The translations under genes and the position numbers were made by a program. The notes under the pieces were generated by a model, which worked only from the letters and a program-made list of their open reading frames with translations, had not been told where the DNA came from and ran no database searches. A DNA stretch of 63,963 nucleotides, filler included, from Bipalium vagum (lineage: Eukaryota): NCBI GenBank assembly GCA_037834085.1. It is 3 parts of 3 records of this genome, joined end to end, with 100 filler letters (N's around TTAATTAATTAA, not from the genome) between each part and the next. Parts side by side here need not be neighbours in the genome. Positions count along the whole stretch, not along the records: positions 25,053 to 48,137 come from JBBMKC010213477.1; 2 more parts are not named here. One strand, written 5' to 3'. Below are positions 27,055 to 42,000 of the stretch, in pieces. How positions within the stretch are numbered: position 1 is the stretch's first letter; the number at the start of each line of letters is the position of its first letter.

Positions 27055-27289
27055 TTATGAATCCTACCATCGCAATCAGCATAGCTGAGCTTACCAAAAG
27101 TAAAGATGTTGGTGCATCCAATAGTTCTTTATATTCTATAATTATCAAAGAATAAGTTCTCATGAAACCTATCATTAGAACATGTATTAGAAAGCTTCCT
27201 TTAAAAAATCATTATGCATATAAATAAAAAAAAAGAGTACCAAATGTAATGCCCCATGCTCCAATTGAATCAACAATAACAATATACAT
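27055..27289 (-). CDS. 5' exons of a monocarboxylate transporter (SLC16/MCT-like, MFS)
   Basis: Exon 27241-27289, a 42-nt GT-AG intron, then an exon from 27198 to 27095 or 27055: MYIVIVDSIGAWGITFGSFLIHVLMIGFMRTYSLIIIEYKELLDAPTS, resembling MCT TM1 (DGGWGW..asFl.h....G). Downstream exons not found. Confidence 0.6.
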
Positions 27290-28080
27290 TTTACCAATAG
27301 TGAAAGTTAATTATTTTATTGATTTATTATTTTTGTGAACCAATAGAAATGTTACATTCTAACTGAAAATAGGCACCTTAATTGACATTGGAATTTGATG
27401 TGATATCAAAATTATAATAATAATAATATAATAATGGTAAATTATTATATTTATAATGCGAGAATTTGAAATTGGAATAATATTTATCAAAGAACGTAAA
27501 CATATCAAAAACCAATGTGACCTTCAATTTTATTCTCAAATATCTCATTTTTTGAAATCACTGTTCTTAATATTGACAATAATTTTTTTTCATTACCAGA
27601 CAAAAAGTTTATGTCTGTTGCAAATGTTAATGTACATAGTGTGACAAAACAAAGACTTGAAGTTCGATATAATTGTTGCCTGCAACTTTCCATTTTATGA
27701 ATTTGTTATACACGCTTTTGTTCAGAAATATGGAATTTGAGAGCAGAAAAACAATAAATTTCCGAATAGTAATTCTCAGAAAGTCTGTCAAATGTCAGCA
27801 AAAATAAAATTAAAAAACTAAAGTTGTCTACAGATTTTGAACACCTGAAAAATTACCTTGAGAAATATAATTTTTATAATTTTATTTATCGTTTTATTGT
27901 AAAAGTTAGAGACCAAAGATCATTCTATCTTTCTTTCTTATGTTAAAATAATTGTCAAATAAAATATACAAATTAATAAAAATAATATATAAAATATAAA
28001 AATTATTATCATGATTAATTAAAAATTAATCATGTCGATGCTTAATTTGGAAAACATTAGGAAAAAGTTACTAAGAATAA

Positions 28081-28983
28081 TGTTACTGTTATACTTTGAC
28101 ACAGTAGCGTGCGATCGTTTAACCGTAACTCCTCACTTTTATAATGTTGTGTTCATTATTCAGTTACACTCAACTCGAATCAAACTCCGCACAATAAAAC
28201 CTTATCTATTGAATCAAAACACCCACGATAATACTATATCCGCACCCCAATTGAATCAAAGTAAATCACAGTAAACTTTATTTTTTAATGCGAAACTAAT
28301 CACATGAACCACCAAAAATAAAAATTCAAATCAGTTCCACACGAAAAATCAACACTGATCAATTGTCTGAAAAATCAATTCAATGTAAGCGAATGTTAAA
28401 ATAAGTTATGATGTTCAAAGAGGACTGGATGAATAATGATCACAAACAAAAATGAATAAAACAGATTAAAATAAAATTAAGAAATCATGAAAATGACTTC
28501 ACCCAGAGCGACAAAGGGTTCCCGGGTCGTCTACTAGACTCTTTTCAGGTCGCATATGGATGCCCAAGTTCGTTGGGTCTCCTTTTATAATCCTGTTCCG
28601 TTTGCATATCGTAGACGCGGCAAAAAGAAAAAAATTACTAGTACCTCTATGGTCGTCTTTGTGAATAGGTCCTGAATTGCTTTCGTCTTCTCAACAATAA
28701 TATTCCTTCTTCCGAAATAGAATTTCTATCTTCCTCAAAATGCAAATGACTTCTATCTTTCAATGAATTTGTCAAACGTCGATTAATACCTACGCTGCAA
28801 TAATTTTTCAATAATGGGCACTGTATGTGAATAGGCGTCTCTTTATATAGTCCTAGAGATTGGGCTACGATCACAACTCCCTACAACTCGAGAGAGCTAT
28901 TTCCAGCAATAGCCCATTATTTCTAACTTTGTCTCCACGCTGAAATAAAGTTTATAAAATATTAATTTACTGTCCTCACGACA
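28081..28983 (-). mobile_element. Possible solo LTR
   Basis: GC-richer non-coding block bounded by TGT..ACA, with TATA-like (28842-28849) and AATAAA signals on the minus strand. No clear TSD. Confidence 0.35.
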
Positions 28984-29560
28984 TAATATAGTGTAGATTG
29001 ATCACTTTTTCAATTAAATAAAGTGTCATTTTGATCTTATAATTTGAGTAAGATTTAAACTCTGCAAAAATGTAATAACAATAAAAATTTGAAAAATTAT
29101 ATTTGTCTTTTTTGTCTTATCTTTAGGAGTCAGATAGGATAAATAACACCCCATTAACTCATGAACTTAACACAATTTAAGATTAAATAATTGACCTTTT
29201 TACTTTTACTTAGTGTTCTATTTTTTGTGGTTTATCTGAGAGCCCTTGAGATTTTTCATCGAAGGGTGTTCTATCTTATTTTTAGCTAACCTTCTTCTCT
29301 GAGTTCTATCTTATATTTAAATTGTGAATAAAAGTTTTATAATCAGACTTATTAAAAATATATTTTTTATAAAAATAATTGTATTCTTAGTTAATAGTTT
29401 GATTACATTATTCGATCCAGTGTTTACCTATTTTCGTTTAAAACTAACTCACTGTTTAATAATCGATTTATTGTTTATTTAATATTTATATTATCTCTAT
29501 CACTTTAAATATGAAAACTATTATTTATCTTATAACCAACTTTGAACGATATTTTATATA

Positions 29561-30260
29561 CAGGGTGGGCGCTGGAAGACTGAAGGACTTTAATCTAATA
29601 ATTAATAATCTAATAATTAGTAAAACAAATTTATATTTAATCCAAATAGTTTATTTGAAATATACAAGCTTAGAATATAATTATTTCTAAGTCCGGAAAA
29701 TAATATCTTATAAATGACCACCATTTTCTTTCTCACAAAAAATTGCCCCTTTTAGGACATTTTCCATCACTGCATCCAATATTCCCGGGTCTAAGATATG
29801 TATCACACTTCGTGTATTTTCTTTTAGCTGTTGAATTGTTTGAGGATTGTTCATATAAACATTCTCTTTCAGGTAGCTCCATAAAAATAATCCGGAGAAG
29901 TCAAATCTGGTGACCGCGGAGGCCATAAAAATCCAGAATTTTGGAAATCAATCTTTCACCAAAGACTTCGTGCAAAAGATTCATTGTTTGAGTAGCAGTG
30001 TGTGCAGCAGCACTATCTAGTTAAAAAAAATTTCTTCGTTGTCTTCAACTACCGGACGTAGAAAATTTTAAATCATTGTCCTGTAGTCAGCACCAGTAAT
30101 TCTTTCTGGACTCTCCTTATCATCTTCGAAAAAATAAGGTCAAATAATTGTCAGACATGACCCGACACCAAACGCTGCATTTTCGAGAATGCAGTGGATA
30201 CTGGGTAAAGTACATAGAATTGACTGAACCCCAAAACCTCACATTCTGTTTACTTCTCAA
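29561..30260 (-). mobile_element. DD41D/rosa-like element, 3' half
   Basis: TIR-like ta-cagggtgggcgc; minus strand WPPRSPDLTSPDY..WSYLKENVY.NNPQTIQQLK, GPYFFEDDK-like segment, and KQNVRFWGS. Confidence 0.85.
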
Positions 30261-30465
30261 AACAAATAGCATAATTCAAACGGATAGTATTGTCTAATGG
30301 GAGAAGAACTTGATCTGATTGAAAACTTAGAACAAAATTTACAGCAATGCTTCAATCAGTATACAGAATAATAAAAATCAATCAGTTAGATCAAAGTTTC
30401 AATAAAATGTCAATTAATAAATAGAATTAAAATATTTAATTTTAAACAAAAGAAAAAAACAACTC

Positions 30466-30651
30466 TCACCAATCCCGTAGGCGATCGAGCCAAAGGGTCG
30501 TTGAGATTGATCCGATTCTTTCAGAAACGCCATAACAGCGTAGGACCCACCATAAGCCCCTGTCGTATAATTGAGAGCATAAATGATTGTTTACCAACTT
30601 GAAATCTTTCGAAAATTTGCTAACAATTGATTTTTCTGAATCTTCCAACAA
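30466..30651 (-). mobile_element. Possible non-LTR (RTE-like) reverse transcriptase fragment
   Basis: YDRGLWWVLRCYGVSERI resembles the RTE RT motif (D.v.R..LW..L..YGiP.ki). Confidence 0.35.
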
Positions 30652-31145
30652 TTATTATTTCTCATAATCTTCTGTGGATTATCCAGTTTACTTGGTCTTT
30701 TTGTGGCAATCCGCTTTCTAATTCGTTTTATAATATACTGGTCAGACTACTAATCATTTAATTTAGTCATTTAAATGAGGAAAGAGTTAAATGAAGAGAT
30801 AAAACACACATCAATTAAATCTGATAAATGGATATAAGAATAAGAAATATTAAAATAAATTTTAAAGACGTATTAAGCAAAATAGTAATCAAATTTTTTT
30901 AATTCGTATGAATTCTAATGTAAAATATTTAAAAATAAAATATTTGTAATGTTAGATTTAAATAAAGAAAATATGGAACAAATCTGAAAAAATTAAAAAT
31001 TTTATGTTAAAAAAAGGCGTATTTTATGTTAAAATTTATATGTTCATCTATAATAAATAATTTTTAATATTTATTAAATTATTATGTTCGTTTATATTGA
31101 TCATAATAAATAGCGTTTTTACAAATCGTTGCTATAAATTGACTG

Positions 31146-34100
31146 ATGGCAATAAGTAAAGATGACCAGAAGGTATAAAGTGTTGTAATTATTGACCAGT
31201 TAATTTTTTGAAATTACTTTAAGGATTACATGGGAAATGAATCGGAAAACAAAGAATCATTAGGGTTATCGCATCTCATTTTTCTTATATATACATATTT
31301 AAGTTTGATTTAATTCATTCTGTAGCTCTCTCACAGAACTGATTGAAGGAATTAATCTGGATACTGAAACAATTAGTATTTTTCTCAATAATAAGTTTAA
31401 AGAAGCCATTAAAAGACTTGAAACTCGGTAATCTAAATTAGTAAAATTTTTTGAAATTTGTCTTGTTTTACAACATTGCCTGGCCTCAAACTTTTCAAAG
31501 TTCAGTAAACATTTTCAAATGCAGTCAATTCTTGAATTATTTTAGTTTAAAACTTTTAACAAAATACAATAAGATTTCTTTTTAAAGTTAATAATGTCGT
31601 TATTTTAATGAGATTTTGAAAGACTGACTAGTATCTATTGAATATTTCATCTGTAATCGATATTTTATATGATGTTTATGAAATTATTCATATAATAATA
31701 CTATTTATTTTCGAATTGGGTGGAGACCGTGGGATTTTCAATAATAACTACTAACTATTTGTCAGCAACTACGAACTAATATTTAACTGTCATTAATTCA
31801 GGAATAATTTGTAGCATTAATCATTTGATAAGCCTCATTTCTCTTTTTGAGAATTTATTAATTTAATAAAATAATCAATATACAATTTTCTTTAACTTAA
31901 TTATTGATTTTTTATTTTTATTCGATTGTGTCATATTAAATGTCTGATTTCAATAGTTAATTTTTGCAAATTTTTTTTCAATCCTTTATAGTAAAATGTT
32001 TATATATTACATTTTGAAAGTTTTGCATTTGGTAAAGGTACAGCTATTGAACGAACCATTAAGCGAAAGGAAACCGTGACATGAGCAGAAGCGACATTAA
32101 AAATGTTGATTTATTTACTGAATTAGAATTAAATTCAAGTAAAACTTTTCAAAAATTCATTGTTAGTCCCAAGACATTTTGAAAGAATTTGTAAGTGGTT
32201 GGTAAGATTTATAAGGTTCAGTCATAGGTTCCGTTTGTAATGAACCAATCAAAAATTGGATATTTTAGATGAACAACCTAATAATCATTAAAAGTTTTTT
32301 AACAATAAAATTATTGTTGGCTTGGCGGAAAATCATTGCATATTTTTATTATACTTATTTTATTAGTGTAACATTTTTTCATTCTGGTTTGGATAGAATA
32401 TTCTGTTGATATTATTTCATACTTTGACTGGTTTCTACAAAGATTTTTCCAATGAAAAGATCCATTTTAATGGAAGTCAAATTAAAATTACAGCTAAAAC
32501 GTTAATGATTTATCTATGACGCTACAAATCGGAAATTTAAAACCTATTTAATTTTCAAACATTGAATTTTCTATTATTTGTTTATTTCATAAAATTATTG
32601 ATTATCTTTATTAATTTACCATTTATTATTATTTAATAAGTGTGAATTTTATATTTTATTATTATTTTAAATTTTATATTGTGTTATAAATTATGATATT
32701 AAAATTAAAATTTTCCATAGTAAGTTAAAACTTAATGTGAAAATGAGGTGTTGGTGAATTTCTAATGATAGATACTTTTGAAGCCACAGGGTTTTATATT
32801 GACGTACAAAGAATCTGAAAGACAAGCTGAAATTGTTAGGATGTTTTGAGTTGATTGTTTTTTTTTAATTGCATTCTCTAGAATGTCCGTAGGCTATCAA
32901 TTCCAGTAAATTATTTTATCGATCATTTATTATATTGATTTACGATAAAAGAAGACAGAAATTTTATTGGAAATCATAAATAAGAAACACTCAGAACTTT
33001 TCGCTGTCCTAATATTTAGCTTTCCGACTGAAATGTATTTTTCAGTTTCAATAAATTTTTATCGTTGAAATATGTGGTCCTGTTCACACGAACAAAAATT
33101 GTTCAAAAGCAGTGTTCTATCTTGCGATAGAGTAAATGTCTGTTTAAAATCTATGATAAACAGATCAATATGAATCAGATGGCACCACAATTAATCACAA
33201 TAAAAATCTGACTGAAAATAGCGCTATTGTTGAATATTTTTAAAGTTTAAGTGAACTATTGTTTTTTGTAAAGACCGTTTTTTTCAATCACGATTGAGTC
33301 CACTATGATGGGTGTGTCCTCGCACTTTATAGTTCAGTCACATTGGAATGAATGAATGTTCTTTACACCTTCAAAACGTATCCCTTCAAATTATGACTTT
33401 ACATAAATTGACTTAACTGTACCATAATTGGAACTTGATCCGTACAATATATAAATTGTATTCATCTCAATGTTTGTGACATATTTGGTAAATATGATGC
33501 CTGTCATGGATATTCTTGAGATTTTGTTTGTACTTTAAATATTAAGATTATAAAGTGGACTTTGAACAGTAATATATTTTCCATTATATCAAAAACCAGC
33601 GGATAACCTAGAGGTCGGTGGAATTCATTATGCAATAGTGTTTGTCCTCAGATCAGTTTTCATATTTTCGCTTCCTCGGTTCTCAGGCAGGAACAAAATG
33701 GACCAAGGTTTAACAAGCTAAAATGAATTTGTTTTAAATATTTGTTTGTTTATAACATAATTTGTTATATAAAAATCGATAATCTTAATACATATTCCGA
33801 ATTTTTTGTTTCACTTATGAAAGGAAAAGGAGAGGCCATTTTAATTTTCGGTCTCCTTTTTCTTTACCAATATCCACCACGGTCTTTTCTCAATTAATCA
33901 AAGTCACAACTCATACTTGACTGAGCATCAATCGATTTCAACCCATCGTCGTGCATCATTATCAGATATCCTTTTGTTTCATTAGAAAATCGTTTATTCA
34001 TCTGAAATTTCGTAAAAAAATATTTTGGTCAACATTCATTTTATTTTCTACCAAAGAGAGGGGTTAGGGTCGACATTTTTTAAAATGTTAGTCTTAAATC

Positions 34101-35767
34101 TCGTATCATTTCATTGTCTGTTTAATGACTTTTATTTAGAAAATGTTTTTTGAGTTTTGTTTCTAACGTACTTCTTTAAAAGGACCTCTTGACGATTTTT
34201 CTTTAAAACGACAAATTATGGCTCTTAATATATATTTTTTTCAGAGCAGCATCGCAAATGTACCCAGCTTTGGGATATTCGTATCTCCTGTTCATGCAAG
34301 CCACGATCACCATGGAGCCGGTGAGTGAATAATTTCTGTCAGTAAATTATTTTCATTTTCAAACTCACTTTGAGCTATGCACATTAAATAAAAGTTGTAA
34401 AGATTTTAATCGTATTTTTATCTTCAATTTTCATTGGGCAACAAACTGATTTTTTTAACATACATAATAGAAATTATTATTAAATTTTATTAAATATGAA
34501 AAAAAATTGTTTTCTATGATCTTTACAATATATTTTAAAATTAAATTATTTTCAAAAAGCTCTTGGTATTTTAAAGATCAAGAATAATTAAATATTTATT
34601 TAATTAATACTAATATTAATTAATTTATAATAATAATTAATAACTATAATTATAAATTCATAACTATAATTATCAATTAATAACTATAATTATAAATTAA
34701 TAAAAATAACTAATAAATAATACATGATAATAATAATAGTATTATTATTAATTATTATAATTATAATAATCATAATTATAAATAATAATAATAATATTAA
34801 TAAAAAAAAGTGATGACATCATGATAAATATTTCATTACTTAGTTATGACCCTATAACCTATTCTAACCCTAAGGTTTATCAACTTATGAACTTCGGTTT
34901 AAACCAATATATACAAAACGTTCAGGAAGAATTGTCTATGTTTAGATCAAATGTTAATAAATCAATTTTATATAGTAACTAAAAATTTAATTCTCTGCTT
35001 CTCATTCACTCAAAAAATAATTACTAAGCTACAGAAAGTGTTAGTAGCTATAAAACTGGTTCACATTTTAAGACATTATACCATTAGATAATCATTATCA
35101 AGACTTCTTTCTAAATAGGAACACATCGAAGAAGCATCAAAAGCTGTCAAGGCTAGCTTATCGATTTGCCAGAAACATCGAAAGAAGATAACGTTATCAA
35201 ACTCCTTAAAAGTTAAAAATAAAGCCAACCAATTAGACGAGTACTCACATTACACAGATTGTATGATTTAGTTTTACAATGGAATTGAGATGAATTATAG
35301 ACCAATGTCATGCGGAATTATGCTATGCAGAGTGCCTTTTGGTGAAGGCTTTATTGACTTTTATTCAAAATGAAAATTTACTCGCTCTCATTAAAGGCGG
35401 CCTAAAATTGCGGGAATGTTACAAGACCTACAAGTATGTTTCTAAATTTCTTTTATTTTAATATTGAAAAAGCTGGACAAAATTTGACGGAATGTTTAGA
35501 GTTTGTTGGGGCATGTTAAAGGTCAAAGAGTGGCACAATGAGTTAATAAAAACCAATTTCGATACGGGAGTTAGAATCGGCGTCGGTGGCTTCAATTTGG
35601 TATAATATTTATGATTTCGAAATGAACACATTTTGAAGACTGGAAATGTTTAGCTGATATCAATGTTACCTGGAAGAATTTTGAAATTAGTGGAATTTGT
35701 CGGGTTCAAAGGGAACAGAGTAAAAATGTTTCTTATTATTTTTTTAAACTTATCTATAAATTTATGA

Positions 35768-35845
<78 letters not shown>

Positions 35846-38800
35846 CATTATTATTATTCCATTATTGTCATTATTTGTTATTAATAATTATGTAAAGATA
35901 AATTTTCAAAAAATATTTATTAATATTATTTTTATAATTTATATTTGATTTCTATTATTGTCATTAGTTTATTGTTATTATCGTTATTATTATTCTCTTT
36001 TGAAAATAGTGCAAATAATAATTATTTCTATTATAGAAATATTTTTTTATAATTTATATTTAGTAACCAATTTAAAAATTATAAATTACCGAAAACCAAA
36101 ATTGTTTTATAAGTGATTTATATTCATATTTTATTCATAATTAATTGTTTAATATTTCTTTTATTAAAAAATTATTTTCTTTCAATACTTATAACTAAAG
36201 GTTCTTTCATTAAGAATCGTCATTTTGAAATACATGACGAAAAACAAATTATTTTATCAAAAAAAACAGGTTATTTTTTTTACTACATGTAAATTACTTT
36301 GTTCACCATTAAATATTTAACAAATGGCTGCCTCGGCTTTTCTTACAAATAGTCATTCTTTTGAGGAAATTTTCCATGATATTTTTGACACACTTCTGAG
36401 TTTATGCAATGAATTTGAGATCTGATATTGTCTTTTAGCTATTCCACTGTTGTTGGTCTGCTAGTGTAAACTCTATTCATAAGGTATCCCCAAAGTACGA
36501 AGTCTAATGGAATCAAATCAGAAAACCTGGGAGGCCAATTAAAATAACTATTTCTAGAGATGACACACCCAGGAAACATTGATTTATATATTAATTACAA
36601 ATAAAATTTAAAAGGATTTGTTTGAATTGACAGATCTTGGTAAAAAGACAGTTTTCAAAATTATGTTTAATAAATATCTCAAGCTGACTCTGATTGTGCT
36701 TACACGACGACTACACAACCGGACCGGATAGCTGAACGATTGTTGCCGAAGATGCTATGCAGAGGAGATGATGTGGAAAAATTCATTGCACAAACCCATA
36801 GATATTTCGAAGCCCGGTACATTCCATCTAAAAGAAGAGAATCATTGATTTATTGTATTCTGGAAGAAGATATTGTCGACGAATATGGGAAAACATCCGG
36901 AAAAACTGCAGGCTATGAAGATCGTCTACGACTGGCATTTATTCGGCCAACAGACATGGTTACAGATTGGGAAAAACTTCTGGCTTACCGAAGAAAATGT
37001 GAAGCCATTCAGATATTTTTTAAAAACATTGACACACTGGTTAAGAAAGCACTGTTCTACGATTTGCTAGAAGAACAGCTCAAAATACAGATGATGATCA
37101 AAGCAATCAACAACAAACAGATCAGAAATGAAATAAAATTACTGAAACTCACTACAGTAAAGGAAATCGAAGAATTAATCGTAGTGATTGGACGAAATAG
37201 AAAAGAGTTGTGAGTTGGTGATAGCCTTATATTAAACGATATATCAGACGATTCCGGGGAGGCCAAGGTGAACGGTAGGGATGGAAACATAGCTGAGAAG
37301 ATATACAGGTTTGTGAAGAGGGCTAGTTTCAAGGACAGGAAGCAGGTAGAAGACAGGAATATTCAGAATACACAGGATTCCAAAAAACCAGACCAAACTG
37401 TCACTCACTGTGGATAAACAGGTTTTTCGACTATGTAATTTAGGTTTCAGATCCCCAAATGCGACAATTTTGTCTACTGACTTATCAATGCAGATTGAAA
37501 TGGGCTTCATCGTAGAGAATGATTTTCTTGAAAAATCTGGAGTCATTTCTTTGCATTTCTAACACCCAATCAATAACAGACAATGTTGTTCATGGTCTGC
37601 CGGCTTTGTTTATCTTGCTGAACGAGTACGTGTTGGAGTCTTCGCATCTGTAACCTCTTCTAGATGTTCGAATTTGTTAATTAAATCGACTGTTTAAGCG
37701 AGCAGGTGCATCATAGCGTCCTAAAAAAGCACGGATTTTACATACAGTTGTGAAAAATTTTCATAGTTTTTTGTAATGTCTTTTGACTATTTGGATCCGT
37801 TGTCGGGTGGTATATCGATTCATTTTTATTAATGGTATAGATTAAAATATAAAATGATAAGGTTTGACGGCTAAGATATTAAAAAATAGCTCTAAATTTA
37901 AAATGAATGTTCTTAATGAAAGACCCTTTATATCCCTTATTGCTTATTGCGAAGGATTATAGGACAATTAATTTTGATTAACCTTTTAATATTTAATTCA
38001 GTTAATTACATTTTAAGAATACTTTTTAAAAGGTTTTGCAAAATAGTCATTTTTTCATTTAAAGGTTACAAAATAATTGATATATTAGGATCCAGAAAAA
38101 CAGAGTTTCTAAAAATAAATCTAGTGCAAAAGTCATACATTTCTAAAATTCGTGTCATTGGTTCGGTCGTGGACATAATGGGCAAAGATTGTCAAAATCC
38201 AATAGTAAAAATGATTTTTATTTCAATACAGGATTACATCCTATTTTAAAATCAATGATTTTAAAAATATTAATCGAAATCCTAATATATTTTTGGCTCA
38301 AGGTTTGCATATAGAAAAGCGCAAATATCTTTCTTTCAACCTAAAATAAAGGAAAAAATGAAATTTCTTTTAATAATGATAAAGGTTATGAAAATTGAGA
38401 AATTCAAATAAGAAAAATGAATTTTTTTCATATCTTTAATTGATCGGAATTTTTGGTGTCGGATTTGTTAAGCAATTTTATAACTATTTATCAGAATTAT
38501 TGAGAAAAATCACTTTTGGTCGTCCATGTAATGGTGGTCGATGTACCATCAATGTAAATGATAAGTAAAATGGAAAAGTCAACTTAATCACAATAACTAT
38601 TTTAGAATTTCATTAAGCTACAATTGCCTTCCTTGTAAAATATTTTTTTGCTTCATTTTTCGTTTACTTTTAATTTCAGTAAAGTCTGTTTTTTGGACTT
38701 TTACCCAATACAACCAAATACTTGATTACTGACTTTATATTTTTAGAATTTTTTAGAGTGTTTTTCTATTTTTGAGTTGTTTTGGATTTGTTTTGTGTCA

Positions 38801-41800
38801 TTTATCTAAGTTCGAATGGACATTTTCAGTGGACAATATTACTGCCAATGTTTTATTTTTAATTTTTTTTTATTTTTAAAAATATTTTTATTTTTCTCTG
38901 AATATCCCAAGTACATTTTCAGACTTTCGGACTTAATGAAATAAACAAAGCAGCCTCTGCCGGGTTCAATACGAGGCAGCCTATCGCGGCCTTGTTATTA
39001 TTGACCTATCACTGCTTTCTGGGTATCATCGTAGGTTGGTTTTCACCGTTGCAAGTTTTTGGAAATTTTATTTTAAATCAATGAAAATAAGAATAATGGA
39101 AAATAAAAGAACGAAGGATTTATTTTTTATTTTTCTTTTGATGGTAGGAAATTACGTTATACATTTACATTATTTGGTAAATAAAAATGGTTTTTCTTCA
39201 ATAAATAACTGCTCCCTCTCTTTCCATTTATTTTGTTTCTTGGGTCAATTTTATTGTATTCTTCGTATCATTATTAAATCAAATGTCTGGTAAAGCTGTG
39301 ACTAGGTAAATTGTAGTTGATGCCCTTTGGTTATTTATTATTAATTATTATTATCAACAATTATTTTTGAAGAGGTTTGGTACATTTTTGATCAAAATAA
39401 AATTAGTATTAAACAAAGTAAATTTCCATGGAAACGTAAGATGAAAAATTAATTAGTATCAAATTTCTTTTCAGAAAAGGAATTGAAATTTTTTTATATA
39501 GTTTTTTCACTCTTTAACAGACCGAAATATTTCTTTTGAATTCTTTTTCAAGGAAATCAAGAAATCAATATATTTTTTCACTTTCGCTTATAATCTTCTG
39601 TTTTTGGTTTCTTATTGAGCGCACTTTCAATTTGGTGTTTGGTACAATATTTAGGACTGCCTCCGTTTACCGAACAAATAAATGAATCAAAGCGTTTGAT
39701 CGCTCCAATGTTAAAAAGGCACGACTCCAGTGCCTTGTTTCGTATGATGAAGGCGAGAATAGATCTGATTTCCGGCAAACTTGAAGAGGTGATGATTTCT
39801 TTCTTATTTTTAAAACTAATATTTTTGCATACTCTTTTAATTCTAATAATAATTAGAAAGAATATTATTATTATTGTTAATAAATAAATAAAATAATAAC
39901 TAATGAAAATATTTATTTATTATTTCTATTTTAAAATATTAAGTTCAATTATATAAATATGAAAAATATATCTAAATATATTGTTCATAAATAAATAAAT
40001 AGGAAAAACATTTTTTAAAATATACAAATTTTAAAAAGTTGATAGATGAAAAATTAGAAAATCGACAAAAACCAAGTTGAGGGCTTCTTTTAATATTTAT
40101 TTAAAAAAATAAAACAAGTGATAATAAATATTAAAAAATAAAACAAGTGTAAATAGATAAAACCTATTCATTAATCGATTCTCAGAAACAGATTTGTGAT
40201 ACAAATATCGATTTCACTGCTACAAACCTGGAATTAAGTTTATTTTATTTTAATTTTTAAAAATCAATTCTTTTCCAAACATCTTTCTTTCTAATTACTA
40301 TTATTACCGAAAGTTGCAATTAGGAAGTGTATGAAATTATTTTTTCGTACATTTCTCAACACTCCCTTTTGTTAAGGCTCTTGATGGATACGAAAAAGCC
40401 ATTGAAGCTCAAAGTGAATGGAGAAATCTTCACGACATTTGTCATTGGGAATTAATGTGGTGTCACATGTTAGTTGAAGATGAATTTAAAATTAATATTT
40501 TCAATCTAAACATTTATATATATATTTATTTATTTTTAGTCATCTATGTATTATTCTTTTTCTTATTACTGTTATTATATAAATATTACTATCATTATTA
40601 TTTTCGTCTTACTTTCAGTATGTCTCTGTATAAATGGTTTTTTTGTATAGATTACAAGGAGATTGGCTTTTAGGCATGAAATATGCAGAAAAACTCTCTC
40701 AAAATAGTCGCTGGAGTAAAGCTATATATTATTATCAGAAAGGTGCATTTCTTTTGCAGTGTTATACAGAATCCACAGAACAGTTGTCAGAAGATGTGAA
40801 AATTCATCTTAGGAAAATATTTGAGTGAGTTATCATCAAATCTTCACCTTTTTTATGATTTAAATAAAATTCAATAAATTATTGATTAACGATTATCATA
40901 ATATTTTACAGATTTCTGTATTGTTTTCAAAAATCCGTCTAATCGATTTCTATAAAAGTATAAGGTTAACAGAAAGTTCTGATTGTTTCTATTTTATCTA
41001 TTTAAGTAAAATAAAAAATTTTGATTCGGAAGTCTTTTATCGTAAATCAACATAATAAGTAATCAATAAATATTTTACTATAATTTAAAATCTACGGCCA
41101 TGGCTGAGTTTCTATGAAAAGATGATAATGAACTTTACAACATTTACCAGACTTTGAATTGTTTCTCCGAACTTTTTACCTCTATAATGAATAATAAACG
41201 CTATTAACCTCAAAGTCTCTTCCATTAAAGATTCACCAACAATTCTATTTTCACTGGAAGTAGTTATTTTAAATTTTAAAAATCAAAATTAACCTTTTAA
41301 TATTATTTAAGTTAATTATAATACCAAATAAATAAATAATGTAATATAAAATCTAAAGTGTGTAAAGTTATTTAATTATATATTTAAAATTTCTATAAAA
41401 TTGAAAACTCTTATTTAAAATGATTCATTATTGTCATATTGACAATAATGAATGTCAATTAAATCAATAATTAAGTAATTATAAATTTTTATTAAATAAA
41501 TAATGAATTGAAAATTCCATGGGTTGATAAAATTTCAGATAATTAAAAAAATCGATTTGTAGAATCGTAAATAAATAAAAAGAACATTCGTAACCTTTTG
41601 ATTTTAATTTTCGCGTGATCTTTATAAATCATTTTCGGACTGTCTCCAAAGCTTTTGAATTTAAATAAAGAAGTTTTTGAAGTTGTTTTTAATTGAGGTC
41701 CTTAAACCAGCGTGAGATGAAAAAAAAAATTTTTAGTTAAAATTAACAATTTTTATTTTGTATTAACAGAAAATATTCAAATAGAGCTAGAACAAAAAAT

Positions 41801-41931
41801 AATGATGACAAATTAATAAATTACTTCTTAAAAATTATTACTTCTTAAATTATTATTAAAAAATAATAAAACTTCAATACCTCTTAAAATTGAATGAACT
41901 TTATTAAGAGGAGAAATTTGACTATTTTATT

Positions 41932-42000
<69 letters not shown>

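Noticed and set aside
34805-34900. GTGATGA C-box in a TTC39 intron suggesting a snoRNA
   Set aside because: No D box (CTGA) or terminal stem at a suitable distance.
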